From Fibrobacterales bacterium (GTDB lineage: Bacteria; Fibrobacterota; Fibrobacteria; Fibrobacterales; JAOPTW01), in assembly GCA_051532055.1 (NCBI GenBank), contig JAOPTX010000032.1:1-64000 (forward strand): DNA of 64,000 nt. Direction: 5' to 3'. Below the pieces are notes generated by a model, which saw nothing but the letters and a program-made list of their open reading frames with translations, did no database searches and had not been told where the DNA came from. The position numbers and the translations under genes were made by a program. Positions within the stretch are counted from its first letter, which is position 1, and each line of letters starts with the position of its first letter. This document shows, piece after piece, positions 1 through 9,510 of this stretch.

Positions 1-3
1 AAC

Positions 4-125
4 TAATATCAAATCGTTGGAGACGGTAATCACGCATTAGCCAAAAAACAAATTAACTCGCATTCGCTCATACAATAATTTATTTTTTGGCTAACACGCA
101 ATTCCGCTCAACTCAACCGTTATAA
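4..125 (+). mobile_element. attC site (integron cassette recombination site), near-complete
   Basis: Degenerate R'' (TAATATC), 5-nt spacer, L'' GTTG(G)AG(A)CGG pairing with L' CCGCTCAAC leaving two extrahelical bases, long inner palindrome TAGCCAAAAAAC/AAATTA..TAATTT/ATTTTTTGGCTA, 6-nt spacer, R' GTTATAA at 119-125. Confidence 0.8.
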
Positions 126-150
126 GTGCTGAAACATTAGTGTCAGCACT
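125..150 (-). terminator. Hairpin downstream of the reverse-oriented cassette gene
   Basis: AGTGCTGA..TCAGCACT inverted repeat 13 nt after the stop of 164..472. Confidence 0.45.
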
Positions 151-163
151 AGTTTATTTTAGA

Positions 164-472
164 TTACAACTTACTGTGCAACCCTCCAAATGTATCCCAA
201 TGTGAGTAATTTACATTTCCATCTGTCCAATATATTTTCATTGTATTTTGCGCAGCCTTTGCTGTCAAAATTATTGATAAAATTGTATTTCTTTCTTCGC
301 CCGTTTCTGTAATACCAATATCTTTATCATGACAAGTAGTTTGAAAAGACAGTTTACCATTTGCATAATAAACCTCTTTGATCGTACCTTCACAATTTCC
401 TGCAAAAACACTACCAGCTGAAATCGCCATCAGAGCACATGTACTAATTAAAAAATTTTTTAGATATTTCAT
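164..472 (-). CDS. Small secreted hypothetical protein (cassette gene, inverted relative to the attC sites)
   Basis: Signal peptide MKYLKNFLISTCALMAISAGSVFA, two Cys, SD AAGGA upstream; bounded by GTTATAA (119) and TTATAAC (586). Confidence 0.8.
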   Translation of the reverse strand: MKYLKNFLISTCALMAISAGSVFAGNCEGTIKEVYYANGKLSFQTTCHDKDIGITETGEERNTILSIILTAKAAQNTMKIYWTDGNVNYSHWDTFGGLHSKL

Positions 473-585
473 AGTTATTCCTTATAATATTGATTGGTCT
501 ATTCTTATTAGACGACAACTTATTTACAAATGGGAAAATAAAATATTAATATAGAAAAATATTTTGTAAACTTCTTTGACAGGCA

Positions 586-678
586 TTATAACAAAACGTT
601 GGAACGGCAAGCAAGTATTTGCTAAAAAAGTAATTACTCGCTCCGCTCAAACATTAATTACTTTTTCATCAAACACTC
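586..678 (+). mobile_element. Truncated attC site (right L'/R' boxes lost)
   Basis: R'' TTATAAC, spacer AAAAC, L'' GTTGGAACGG, inner palindrome AAAAAGTAATTA..TAATTACTTTTT, and loop CTCGCTCCGCTCA homologous to attC 4..125. Confidence 0.7.
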
Positions 679-764
679 AGGAAGAAAAGTACCTTTTAAA
701 GAAAACAACTGTCTAGTGAGGCAGGGTCACATCAATACGGCTATGCTACCACGCAAGGATTTTC

Positions 765-1256
765 ATGGACACACTTAAGCCCCTTATTATAATATTAGTC
801 AGTGGTACAATTTGTCTTTTATTTAGCCTAAATTCCTCAAAGAAAATAAAGAGGAATGGTGGGGTTGAATTAGTTGAATATAGCCTTGGGATTAAATCTC
901 TATCCTTTGTGTTTCTGATATTATTAGGCGTCATGATTTTAGCATTAAGCTCAAAACAAGCCAACAATATTTTTGAACAATTTTCAGTCCCAATATTTTT
1001 TGGATCTTTTCTTATTTACATGATACCTGAAACCTTTTTCAAAAAGGTCAAGATCTATGACTCCACATTTGAAGTTATATCACCATGGAGAAAAAATTGT
1101 AAGATCACACCGTCTGATATAATTAAAATAAATTATTCAGACTCTTTACAATGGCATTCAATCAAAACTAAAAACAATGGAACCATTTATTTACATGATT
1201 ATTTAAGAGGAAAAGATCAATTAATTGAACGCATGCTTAAACATTCGAGTAAGTGA
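765..1256 (+). CDS. Hypothetical membrane protein (cassette gene; 3 TM segments plus a PH-like soluble tail)
   Basis: 163-aa ORF, SD AAGGA, hydrophobic segments; an attC-like R'' box follows 7 nt after the stop. Confidence 0.75.
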   Translation: MDTLKPLIIILVSGTICLLFSLNSSKKIKRNGGVELVEYSLGIKSLSFVFLILLGVMILALSSKQANNIFEQFSVPIFFGSFLIYMIPETFFKKVKIYDSTFEVISPWRKNCKITPSDIIKINYSDSLQWHSIKTKNNGTIYLHDYLRGKDQLIERMLKHSSK

Positions 1257-1263
1257 TGAAGCC

Positions 1264-1311
1264 GTATAACAAACCGTTCTTTTAGACACTTAAGTCAAGA
1301 ACTAGTTATTC
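1264..1311 (+). mobile_element. Short degenerate attC-like hairpin
   Basis: GTATAAC-AAACC-GTTCTT..GAC/GTC..AAGAAC-TA-GTTATTC; R''/L''/L'/R' order kept but the L'-R' spacer is shortened. Confidence 0.5.
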
Positions 1312-1321
1312 AATACACAAA

Positions 1322-1777
1322 CTACAACTCAAGTATCCCTTTACTTTGCATCAATTCAGACAAATCTTCTACACCACATATTTCCATATCTTGCGTATCA
1401 ATGCTTCGAACCTCATTAATCACCCAAAGATCATGCCATGTTGAGCAACCCACACTTTCGACAATAACCTTACTTTCTTGATCATCAAATTGATCTGCAG
1501 TTATATCTATAATCAATTCTTCACCCATCAACCATACATGTACATGAAGCCCTCGTTTAGCTACTACCAATCGATACTCTCCACTATTCAACGTATTCAG
1601 GTGGACCCCTAAATTTACTGAGGACAATAAACAAACCCCCATTGGAAACCCTCGAAACTCTTTATTATTTGGAATAGCTGACACTAATTCAAGAGCCGCT
1701 CGAAACTTACTTGCTTCTTCAAATATTCTGGCCTTACTCGACATACACAACACTTTAAGAAAAATCCATTTATCCAT
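1322..1777 (-). CDS. Hypothetical protein with a transglutaminase/papain-like Cys-His-Asp pattern (start may be 1744)
   Basis: FPMGVC...HVWL...IIDITADQF motifs. Confidence 0.65.
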   Translation of the reverse strand: MDKWIFLKVLCMSSKARIFEEASKFRAALELVSAIPNNKEFRGFPMGVCLLSSVNLGVHLNTLNSGEYRLVVAKRGLHVHVWLMGEELIIDITADQFDDQESKVIVESVGCSTWHDLWVINEVRSIDTQDMEICGVEDLSELMQSKGILEL

Positions 1778-1945
1778 AATAGAAAAATATCACCAGAAAT
1801 TCTTTGAGATGACAATGGCACACACTCATAAAACAGATATTCACGATCAACTAATATTTATCTATTTTGTGGGAACCTCCATTTTCACCACATTCAATTA
1901 CTTTATGGGACAAGGGGGCATTTCCCCAATTTCAAGAAGGACACC

Positions 1946-2287
1946 ATGGATAATACACAAGAATATTTAATTGGATTCTTATATCATCAGCCACGAACTA
2001 TGAACCTTTTTAATGCAGGCATGCTCAATGAATACGAATCATCATCTGGTTTTTATGTAACCGCACCTGACGAGCAGAGCGCATTTACATGGGGTGAGGC
2101 TGTTGCTGAAAAAATATTTCAAGACCTAAACAATGATTCCACATTGAGTTTAAAGAAATCGAACTATTATGTATGGGTCGTTGACTCACCAGAAAAGTCC
2201 AATTGGAGAAATAAACTGAACACCTTTCCAAAGATTGCTATTGGAGAGTTTCCTCATCTTGACTTCTTTGATGAAACTAAAGAGTAG
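1946..2287 (+). CDS. Hypothetical protein
   Basis: 113-aa ORF with SD AGAAGGA. Confidence 0.7.
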   Translation: MDNTQEYLIGFLYHQPRTMNLFNAGMLNEYESSSGFYVTAPDEQSAFTWGEAVAEKIFQDLNNDSTLSLKKSNYYVWVVDSPEKSNWRNKLNTFPKIAIGEFPHLDFFDETKE

Positions 2288-2418
2288 AATCATACGTTTT
2301 TTACCTCATACACACTAACCGCGTAGTAAACAATTCCTTCTACACGCACCTTAATACCCCCATTAAAACTGTCAATTTCTATTTTTGAGATAAATACCTA
2401 CCACTATAAGGTTTCTAC

Positions 2419-2739
2419 ATGAAATTCCCTGATGACGAAATTGGTTCTATTCTCCAGCAGATGGATGAACACGGAGAAGATCTCTCTCAACCTGTTGAAA
2501 ACTCATTTTTTATTCTTTTCGAAAAAAGAAGTGACCTCTTAAGTTTTCTTGAGTCTCGGAATGAGCTTGAATGTTCGGAAACAATTTCTTGGGTTGACGA
2601 AGCCTCTATGTGGGAACTCGCAATCGTACAATCTATGATTCCCGATTATGATATCATAAAAAATATTTCAGATGAAATTGAATCATCTGCTTCGCTCTTT
2701 AATGGCGTCTCTGATGGCTGGACCTGTATTACCAATTAA
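2419..2739 (+). CDS. RraB-domain protein (ribonuclease E inhibitor family)
   Basis: FPDDEIGSILQQM..GEDLSQP..F and terminal GVSDGW; acidic. Confidence 0.75.
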   Translation: MKFPDDEIGSILQQMDEHGEDLSQPVENSFFILFEKRSDLLSFLESRNELECSETISWVDEASMWELAIVQSMIPDYDIIKNISDEIESSASLFNGVSDGWTCITN

Positions 2740-2938
2740 GAGTTCGTACACTGTTTCAGTCAATGAGGACATCTGTACTGGGTGTAGTGGATGCGCGAAT
2801 CAATGCCCCTCTGCTATTCTCTTTATTGATGACACTGAGGGGGTATGCAAAGTAATTGATACCGTCATATGTGGTGGTGAGAGAGAGTGTATGGACGTCT
2901 GCCCAACAGGCGCTATAACAGTTAAATCAAACTCTTAG
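2672..2938 (+). CDS. Ferredoxin (4Fe-4S binding); true start probably 2702 or 2714
   Basis: CTGCSGCANQCP and CGGERECMDVCP cluster motifs. Confidence 0.75.
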   Translation: MKLNHLLRSLMASLMAGPVLPIKSSYTVSVNEDICTGCSGCANQCPSAILFIDDTEGVCKVIDTVICGGERECMDVCPTGAITVKSNS

Positions 2939-2964
2939 CAATTACTGGTACACCCCCATAATCA

Positions 2965-3528
2965 TTATACCCCATATTGATCCTTATCTCCAATATCGTA
3001 ATGCAGTGGCATTGTCCATTTTGCCACCGCTAGCCAGCTATACAGAAGTGATGCAATTCCAACAGCGAGATATGCAGCAGTATCGAATGAGAATAAGAAA
3101 GCCCCAATTGCAAACGCAAAGAGAAATGGAACAAAGGGAAGCCCTGGAATTTTAAAGCAAAAATATTCTTTAAAGGCCATCATTCCAGTGCCTGCATAGA
3201 AAAAACCAAGAGCTGCGAGCTCTGCATGCTCATGAAACCACACATTATCTATACGGGTAGATATACCAAATATCACTAACCCTATCCAACTCATCAGTGG
3301 TATCAACCAACGGAAACGAGGGTCATACAAATGAATATTGGCGCTTGCAAGTGCCGCCCCCATCGCGACAATTGGTAAATACCAATCGCCTAAAATCGAC
3401 CACTCGGCAAAGAATTCAACACTATATATCAGTGAGCTTAATCCCACTATAACAAGCCCAATGCGATAGAGCGATACAGTCATTTTATCGAAGCTATGCA
3501 TTTCAGGTAGATGTTCTGGGTTTGCCAT
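2965..3528 (-). CDS. DUF2301-family integral membrane protein
   Basis: ANIHLYD, KEYFCF and PLHYDIGDK motifs; multiple TM segments. Confidence 0.8.
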   Translation of the reverse strand: MANPEHLPEMHSFDKMTVSLYRIGLVIVGLSSLIYSVEFFAEWSILGDWYLPIVAMGAALASANIHLYDPRFRWLIPLMSWIGLVIFGISTRIDNVWFHEHAELAALGFFYAGTGMMAFKEYFCFKIPGLPFVPFLFAFAIGAFLFSFDTAAYLAVGIASLLYSWLAVAKWTMPLHYDIGDKDQYGV

Positions 3529-3704
3529 GGAGTCTCCTTATTTTATTTATCTAAGATAGTTCCAATTCAAATAAGAAACAACAACTCCGCACCCTTGTTC
3601 CAATGTTATTGCAACTATTACGTTCCTGTAATCCCTGAAACCGCCCCTTCATTCTTTTCGAAAAATAATCTACTTTAACACAAGAGCTTAATTGAGAATA
3701 AAGT

Positions 3705-4070
3705 ATGAAAACAGTGATCATCATCGCTCACGGAAGTAGGCGGAACGCTTCAAATGAAGAGTTCATCAATTTTGTCTCTCAGATTGAAACTGAGCATCGT
3801 TCAAGTGTATGCACCATAGCCCATGCCTTTCTTGAATTGTCTGAGCCCACCCTTAATCAAGCCATCGAATCAGCAATACACCAAGGTAGTACTACAATTG
3901 ACATTCTCCCCTATTTTCTCAATGCAGGAGTCCATGTGGAGCGAGACATTCCCAAACTTATGTCTGAAGCACAAGCTACCTACCCTAAATGCCGCTTCAC
4001 CACACTGCCCTATATTGGTGCACTAACGGGAATGCAGAGCCTTGTGGCCTCCCAAATAACTACCAAATAA
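3705..4070 (+). CDS. CbiX/SirB-family chelatase (short single-domain form)
   Basis: IIAHGSR, AFLELSEP, PYFLNAGVHVERDIP. Confidence 0.85.
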   Translation: MKTVIIIAHGSRRNASNEEFINFVSQIETEHRSSVCTIAHAFLELSEPTLNQAIESAIHQGSTTIDILPYFLNAGVHVERDIPKLMSEAQATYPKCRFTTLPYIGALTGMQSLVASQITTK

Positions 4071-4081
4071 CTACCAAATAA
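4052..4081 (+). repeat. 11-bp tandem repeat (CCAAATAACTA x2.7) over the cbiX stop
   Basis: Direct reading of the sequence. Confidence 0.8.
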
Positions 4082-4168
4082 AGCCCCCAACGCCTTTCTC
4101 TTGGATAAATTCCATACTTTGAAAAGAAAAAACTACATTCTATTCAAATAGATTAGAGGATATATTGT

Positions 4169-5407
4169 ATGTTAGGACAACAGGTTCGTGTTGAAGTTCA
4201 AAATGACTTTTTAACCAAGGTCTCCCAGGCCAATCCCGTAGCTGCACTTGCAGAACTTATTTGGAATGCACTGGATGCAGATGCAACTGAAGTAGTGGTT
4301 GAAACCCTTGAAAATGAACTGGGAGTCATAACCGACATTATTGTCAAAGATAATGGCCATGGCATACACTATGATCACGCCCGAGAACTCTTTGGTTCAC
4401 TCGGGGGCTCATGGAAGAGTAGTTCAATGTCAACTGGTCGTGGACGATTTCTTCATGGCCAAGAAGGTAAAGGCCGTTTTAAAGCATTTGCCCTGGGTGG
4501 TGACGTGCATTGGGATATCGACTACTCTGATGATACAACGACCAAACGATACTCCGTCTCATCTCAATACGAAAACCTCGGAACTTTTAGCATTACCGAC
4601 ATTGAGACATCTCAACAGAACCATGCTGGTGTAACGGTACATATATCAAACCCTCATAAACAGTTTGCATTTTTTGATCAAGATATCGCAAAAGAAAAAC
4701 TGACTCCAATCTTTGCCTTTTATCTCATGGCCTACAAAGATGTATCAATTAGATTCAATGATGCGCTCATCACCCCTGAGACCTTAATTAGAAATCACAC
4801 GACCTACACTCTTGAAACCCTCGATGTTGAAGGAACTCCTTACAATTATGAACTCGAAATTGTTGAATGGAACGAAAAAACTGAGCGCTTGTGTTATCTC
4901 TGTAATCAATACGGCTTCCCTTTAGAACGTAGCGATAGAAGCCTTGCACAGTACAAAGACTTTTCTTTTACCGCATATCTCAAATCAGAACATTTGACTC
5001 ATCTCAATAATATGGGCCTTTTGGCTATTTCGGAGCTTGAGCCCCACCTCTCGCTTATGCTTGATAAAGCATTTTCAGAAATGAAAAATCATTTTAATAA
5101 ACAGTCAGTAGCGAGTTCTCAAAAAGTTATCACCGAACTCCATAACGAGAAAGCCTACCCATTTGAAAAAGCCGTTTCGGCAGATGAAAAAGTGCTCCGA
5201 AAAATATTTGATGGATTAGCAGTACAGATTCAAGAAGAGATTCCCGATTATAAAAAAATGGGCGCTAAAGCAAAAGCACTCCACTATAGACTCCTCAAGC
5301 TTGCTATGGAACAATCTCCTGATCAGTTACATCAATTACTTGCAAGTGAAGTTAACCTCAAAAAAGATGCTATTTCTGAACTCGATACCCTTATGAGCGT
5401 CACATAA
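4169..5407 (+). CDS. GHKL/MORC-like ATPase (HATPase_c)
   Basis: AELIWNALDADA, VKDNGHGI, GQEGKGRF ATP-binding motifs. Confidence 0.85.
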   Translation: MLGQQVRVEVQNDFLTKVSQANPVAALAELIWNALDADATEVVVETLENELGVITDIIVKDNGHGIHYDHARELFGSLGGSWKSSSMSTGRGRFLHGQEGKGRFKAFALGGDVHWDIDYSDDTTTKRYSVSSQYENLGTFSITDIETSQQNHAGVTVHISNPHKQFAFFDQDIAKEKLTPIFAFYLMAYKDVSIRFNDALITPETLIRNHTTYTLETLDVEGTPYNYELEIVEWNEKTERLCYLCNQYGFPLERSDRSLAQYKDFSFTAYLKSEHLTHLNNMGLLAISELEPHLSLMLDKAFSEMKNHFNKQSVASSQKVITELHNEKAYPFEKAVSADEKVLRKIFDGLAVQIQEEIPDYKKMGAKAKALHYRLLKLAMEQSPDQLHQLLASEVNLKKDAISELDTLMSVT

Positions 5408-5433
5408 TTAATAAGAAATAACAACGTAGATAC

Positions 5434-5467
5434 AAAAGGGGCCTCTAATAAATAGAGGCCCTTTTTT
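5434..5467. terminator. Intrinsic terminator
   Basis: AAAAGGGGCCTCTA-ATAAA-TAGAGGCCCTTTTTT. Confidence 0.85.
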
Positions 5468-5722
5468 ATTAAGCAGCACCGCCCCCAGCGCTACTCAATT
5501 TTTATTCGAGAACTATTGCATTTCATTACTTCTAACACATATATCAATTCTGTGTACTACCTATTATGCCATTCTTATTACCTATCTGCACGAAGAATAC
5601 CTCTATAAAGCCAAATTTCTAATAATTAATGCTAAACTCATTTTTCAAGTAAATTTCCCGGAGACAAAGAACACACTCCACTCCAAATTGTTATCTTTGA
5701 CCTAGATTTAAAAGGATACGAC

Positions 5723-6553
5723 ATGGCTTCTATTGGCAAAACAGCAACTCTTACTGTAGTAAGTGTAAAAGAGTTTGGACTCTATCTTGATGGTGGTGAA
5801 CTTGGTGAAATCTTAATTCCCACTCGTTATGCGCCATCTCGTGCTCAAGAAGGCGATGAAATATCTGTTTTTATCTATTGTGATTCTGAAGATCGCGTTA
5901 TAGCTACTACAGAAAAACCATTCCTTGAGGCGGGCGAATATGGCTTATTAAAAGTTGCCGAAACTGGCTCGTATGGTGCATTCTTAAACTGGGGCCTACC
6001 AAAAGATATTCTTGTACCCCACAAAGAGATGCAGCGTGAGATGGAACAAGGCTTTGAATACCTTGTTACAGTTTATGTCGATCACGAAACTGACCGCCTC
6101 GTTGCCAGTTCACGACTTGACCGCCACCTGAGTATCGATACCGACATGTTTTCTGAAGGAGATGAAGTCTCTATTATTGTTGCTCACTTTACCGATATGG
6201 GCTGTAAAGTAGTAGTCAACAATCACTGTTGGGGATTACTCTTCAAAAACGAGATCTTTCAAGATTTAAAAAAGGGTGATAAAACCACTGCATGGATTAA
6301 GAACATACGAGAAGATGGAAAGCTCGACTTAGTGTTACAACAAGCGGGATATGACACCATTGACCCTCTCTCCAAAGAAATTATGGAGAAGCTTGATGAC
6401 TCAGATGGCTTCCTTCCTTTTAATGATAAAAGTGCACCTGATGAAATTTATGACTTTTTTGGCATGAGCAAAAAAGCGTTTAAAAAGGCACTCGGAAGCC
6501 TTTATAAAGAACGCCTCATTACTATCGAAAATGATGGCATCCATAAACAATAA
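5723..6553 (+). CDS. cvfB: CvfB/YitL-family S1 RNA-binding protein
   Basis: FGLYLDGG, GAFLNWGLPKD, C-terminal winged helix MSKKAFKKALGSLYK. Confidence 0.9.
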   Translation: MASIGKTATLTVVSVKEFGLYLDGGELGEILIPTRYAPSRAQEGDEISVFIYCDSEDRVIATTEKPFLEAGEYGLLKVAETGSYGAFLNWGLPKDILVPHKEMQREMEQGFEYLVTVYVDHETDRLVASSRLDRHLSIDTDMFSEGDEVSIIVAHFTDMGCKVVVNNHCWGLLFKNEIFQDLKKGDKTTAWIKNIREDGKLDLVLQQAGYDTIDPLSKEIMEKLDDSDGFLPFNDKSAPDEIYDFFGMSKKAFKKALGSLYKERLITIENDGIHKQ

Positions 6554-6570
6554 CCTTGGTTGATTCTTCT

Positions 6571-6936
6571 ATGGCTAAAAAAATGAACTCATTTGCTGAC
6601 CTCGTCTATTCAACAGAGACGGGTTCGACTTGCCCCAAATGCGGAAAAGCATTAAAAAAATGTAGCTGTACTACTAATAGCACACCACCAAAAGGTGATG
6701 GTATCGTACGTGTTGGTCGACTGACCAAAGGGAAAAAAGGGGCTGGTGTCACCACAATAACAGGCCTCCCCCTCAATGATAGTGACCTCAAAGATGTCGC
6801 TAAAAAATTGAAACAAAAATGCGGCACCGGTGGGACTATTAAAGAACGCATCATCGAAATCCAAGGAGATAAACGTGACTTACTTATTCCCGAACTTGAG
6901 AAAATGGGCTATACTGTAAAACGTGTCGGCGGATAG
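6571..6936 (+). CDS. yciH: Translation initiation factor SUI1 family (YciH)
   Basis: LVYSTE, KGKKGAGVTTITG, KLKQKCGTGGT, IEIQGD. Confidence 0.9.
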   Translation: MAKKMNSFADLVYSTETGSTCPKCGKALKKCSCTTNSTPPKGDGIVRVGRLTKGKKGAGVTTITGLPLNDSDLKDVAKKLKQKCGTGGTIKERIIEIQGDKRDLLIPELEKMGYTVKRVGG

Positions 6937-6944
6937 CGAAGACT

Positions 6945-8291
6945 ATGTCACGCACCCTTCCTGATCTCACCACAACTCCTGTAGGAAAATCACTTGCGTC
7001 AATGACACTCCCCATGATAGTGGGTATTGGCGGAATGATCCTTTTTAATCTTATTGATACATGGTTTGTTGCACAACTTGGTCCCCTCCATCTTGCCGCA
7101 ATGAGTTTCACCTTTCCCATTACACTTTTTGCAGGCGGGCTCGCACTAGGCCTCGGCACTGGAGCCACTGCTGTAATTTCACGTGCGATTGGGACTAAAG
7201 ATACCGCAAAAGTCAACCGCACTACTGTCGATGCCTTGCTCCTCTCTCTTATTATCGTATCCCTTTTTATACTCATAGGGTTCCTCACAATGGACCCACT
7301 CTTTAGGTTACTTGGATCTGAGTCCGACACCATACATCTCGTAAAAGACTATATGACGATATGGTATGGAGGTGCACTCTTTGTGGTAGTCCCCATGGTT
7401 GGTAATAGTGCTATTAGAGCAACCGGTGATATCAAAACTACTTCTGCAATTATGATGATCGCTATTGTTATTAATTTCATACTCGACCCCCTTCTCATAT
7501 TTGGCTATGGGCCCTTTCCTCGTATGGAAATGGAGGGTGCTGCTCTCGCCTCAGTCATTGCTCGGGCAACAACCTTTATCGCCTCACTACTGGTGCTTCG
7601 TTATAAACATAAGATGCTCACCTTCATACGACCCACCTTTCAAGAACTCGTACAGTCCTGGAAAGGTATTCTCTATATAGGCCTCCCCTCTGCAACGACT
7701 AAATTAATCATCCCCATCTCTATGGGGGTTGTTACTCGAATGGTTGCTCAGTATGGCACCAATGCAGTCGCTGGGTTTGGTGTTGCTTCACGTATTGAAG
7801 CACTTGCCATCATGGTCTTTATGGCACTCTCTGCCGTAACAGTTCCCTTTACCGGACAAAATTTTGGTGCAGGACATTTTGTACGCATTAAAGAAGCGGC
7901 CCTGAAAAGCTCCCTCTTTGCACTCATATATGGGTTCGCACTATTTTTACTCTTTTTTAGTGCAGGAGAATCTATTGCTGCACTCTTTGATAACACCCCA
8001 TCAATTGTTGCCGTCACCAACCTCTATCTCTTTATTGTCAGTCTCAGCTATGGACTTGCAGGCATACTTATGGTCAATAGTTCAACGTTTAATGGACTCA
8101 ATCAACCGATGCCGACACTGTATTTAGCTATTGTACGGATGGTTGCTTTTTATATACCCTTCGCCTATATCGGCTCTCACCTGTTTGGCCTTGCAGGCAT
8201 TTGCATTGGAATAGCCTTGGCTAACGCCCTAACTGGGGCTTGGGCCCATTTTTGGTTAAAACAGACATTAAATCGTCTTATAAAAACCTAG
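6945..8291 (+). CDS. MATE family efflux transporter
   Basis: ~12 TM segments; N-terminal NLIDTWFVAQLG, INFILDPLLIFG, GQNFGA. Confidence 0.92.
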   Translation: MSRTLPDLTTTPVGKSLASMTLPMIVGIGGMILFNLIDTWFVAQLGPLHLAAMSFTFPITLFAGGLALGLGTGATAVISRAIGTKDTAKVNRTTVDALLLSLIIVSLFILIGFLTMDPLFRLLGSESDTIHLVKDYMTIWYGGALFVVVPMVGNSAIRATGDIKTTSAIMMIAIVINFILDPLLIFGYGPFPRMEMEGAALASVIARATTFIASLLVLRYKHKMLTFIRPTFQELVQSWKGILYIGLPSATTKLIIPISMGVVTRMVAQYGTNAVAGFGVASRIEALAIMVFMALSAVTVPFTGQNFGAGHFVRIKEAALKSSLFALIYGFALFLLFFSAGESIAALFDNTPSIVAVTNLYLFIVSLSYGLAGILMVNSSTFNGLNQPMPTLYLAIVRMVAFYIPFAYIGSHLFGLAGICIGIALANALTGAWAHFWLKQTLNRLIKT

Positions 8292-8366
8292 TGAAGCACC
8301 AACAATACCGCTTACAATTTATTACCTTTTTATTTCACATTGTTTAAACCACTAAAGGACCTATCT

Positions 8367-8948
8367 ATGGAATTATCAATTGCATACCAAGACTCATACT
8401 CTCGAGGAGAGCTTTTACTCAGAACAATACTCGGCCTATTTTATATTGCTATCCCTCACTTTTTTATCCTCCTCTTTCTGGGCCTATGGGGCTCTGTATT
8501 AGGGTTCATCTCTTTTTGGGCTATTCTTTTTACAGGGTCATATCCACAAAGCAGTTTTGAATATCAAGTAAAACTCAGTCGTTGGTCTCTTCGTGTAATG
8601 GCGCGCCTTTGGAACCTTACTGATGGTTACCCTCCTTTTGGACTAAACAACGAAGAGGACCCGGCACAACTTTCAATTGCCTATCCAGAATCGGTGAGTC
8701 GTGTATCCGTTCTTCTCAGAACACTATTTGGTGCTTTTTATGTTGTTATTCCTCACATGCTCTGTCTCTATTTTCGTTTTATAGCTACGGCAGTTCTTCA
8801 ATTTATTGCGTGGTGGATCGTACTCTTTACTGGCTCTTACCCACAAAGCTTCCATGAGTTTAACGTTGGCACCCTTAGATGGCAAACACGTTTAAACCTC
8901 TATATGAGATTTATTACACAAGAATATCCTGCATTTTCCGGTAAATAA
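8367..8948 (+). CDS. DUF4389 membrane protein (two internal repeats)
   Basis: Repeated SR..LLRT..G.FY..IPH and ILFTGSYP..YP.F. Confidence 0.8.
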   Translation: MELSIAYQDSYSRGELLLRTILGLFYIAIPHFFILLFLGLWGSVLGFISFWAILFTGSYPQSSFEYQVKLSRWSLRVMARLWNLTDGYPPFGLNNEEDPAQLSIAYPESVSRVSVLLRTLFGAFYVVIPHMLCLYFRFIATAVLQFIAWWIVLFTGSYPQSFHEFNVGTLRWQTRLNLYMRFITQEYPAFSGK

Positions 8949-9508
8949 TGGAAGGGCAAAATTCCTTTGTTGAGAACCAGCCATCATCGACTGGTTCTTC
9001 AACTGACCTCTCCTCAAAGTATCATCCGCTTCCTCAACCCAATGACATTCCAAAGCGTGAATGTGAAGATGCGATGGGTGGATATCTCATGATGTTTGCT
9101 GTTCTTGCCGTAGGTTTACCTCTACCGATCCTTAATTTAATCGCAGCAGTTATTTACTATTTCGTGAACCGTAAAAAGAGTAAATTTGTTCATTTCCATG
9201 TATTACAATCACTTATTTCACAACTCCCTACATCAATAGCAAACGTTGCCCTTGTTGGATGGACTGTTCAAATATTTTATCATTCAAGTACCACTGTACA
9301 GTTGGAATTCAGCAACCACTATATTGGGTATCTTTTTATGACTATTATTCTCAACATGGGATATGTGATACTGAGTATTACTGCGGCCATAAGAGCCCGT
9401 AAAGGTCGTATGATGTATATGCTCTTTTTTGGCAAAATATCATACCATTTTGCATTTCGCAAACAAGACGTTGAAGATGTAATTATTGAAAATAGGCCCC
9501 CTATCTAA
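8948..9508 (+). CDS. DUF4870-family membrane protein
   Basis: EDAMGGYLMMFA, GLPLPILNLIA, FVHFHVLQSL; stop/start overlap with the upstream gene. Confidence 0.7.
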   Translation: MEGQNSFVENQPSSTGSSTDLSSKYHPLPQPNDIPKRECEDAMGGYLMMFAVLAVGLPLPILNLIAAVIYYFVNRKKSKFVHFHVLQSLISQLPTSIANVALVGWTVQIFYHSSTTVQLEFSNHYIGYLFMTIILNMGYVILSITAAIRARKGRMMYMLFFGKISYHFAFRKQDVEDVIIENRPPI

Positions 9509-9510
9509 CT

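Noticed and set aside
4052..4081. 11-bp tandem repeat as a phase-variation tract
   Set aside because: Sits at the stop codon; a copy-number change would alter only the last few residues
6571..6936. CxxC..CxC in the YciH N-terminus
   Set aside because: A common variant of the family
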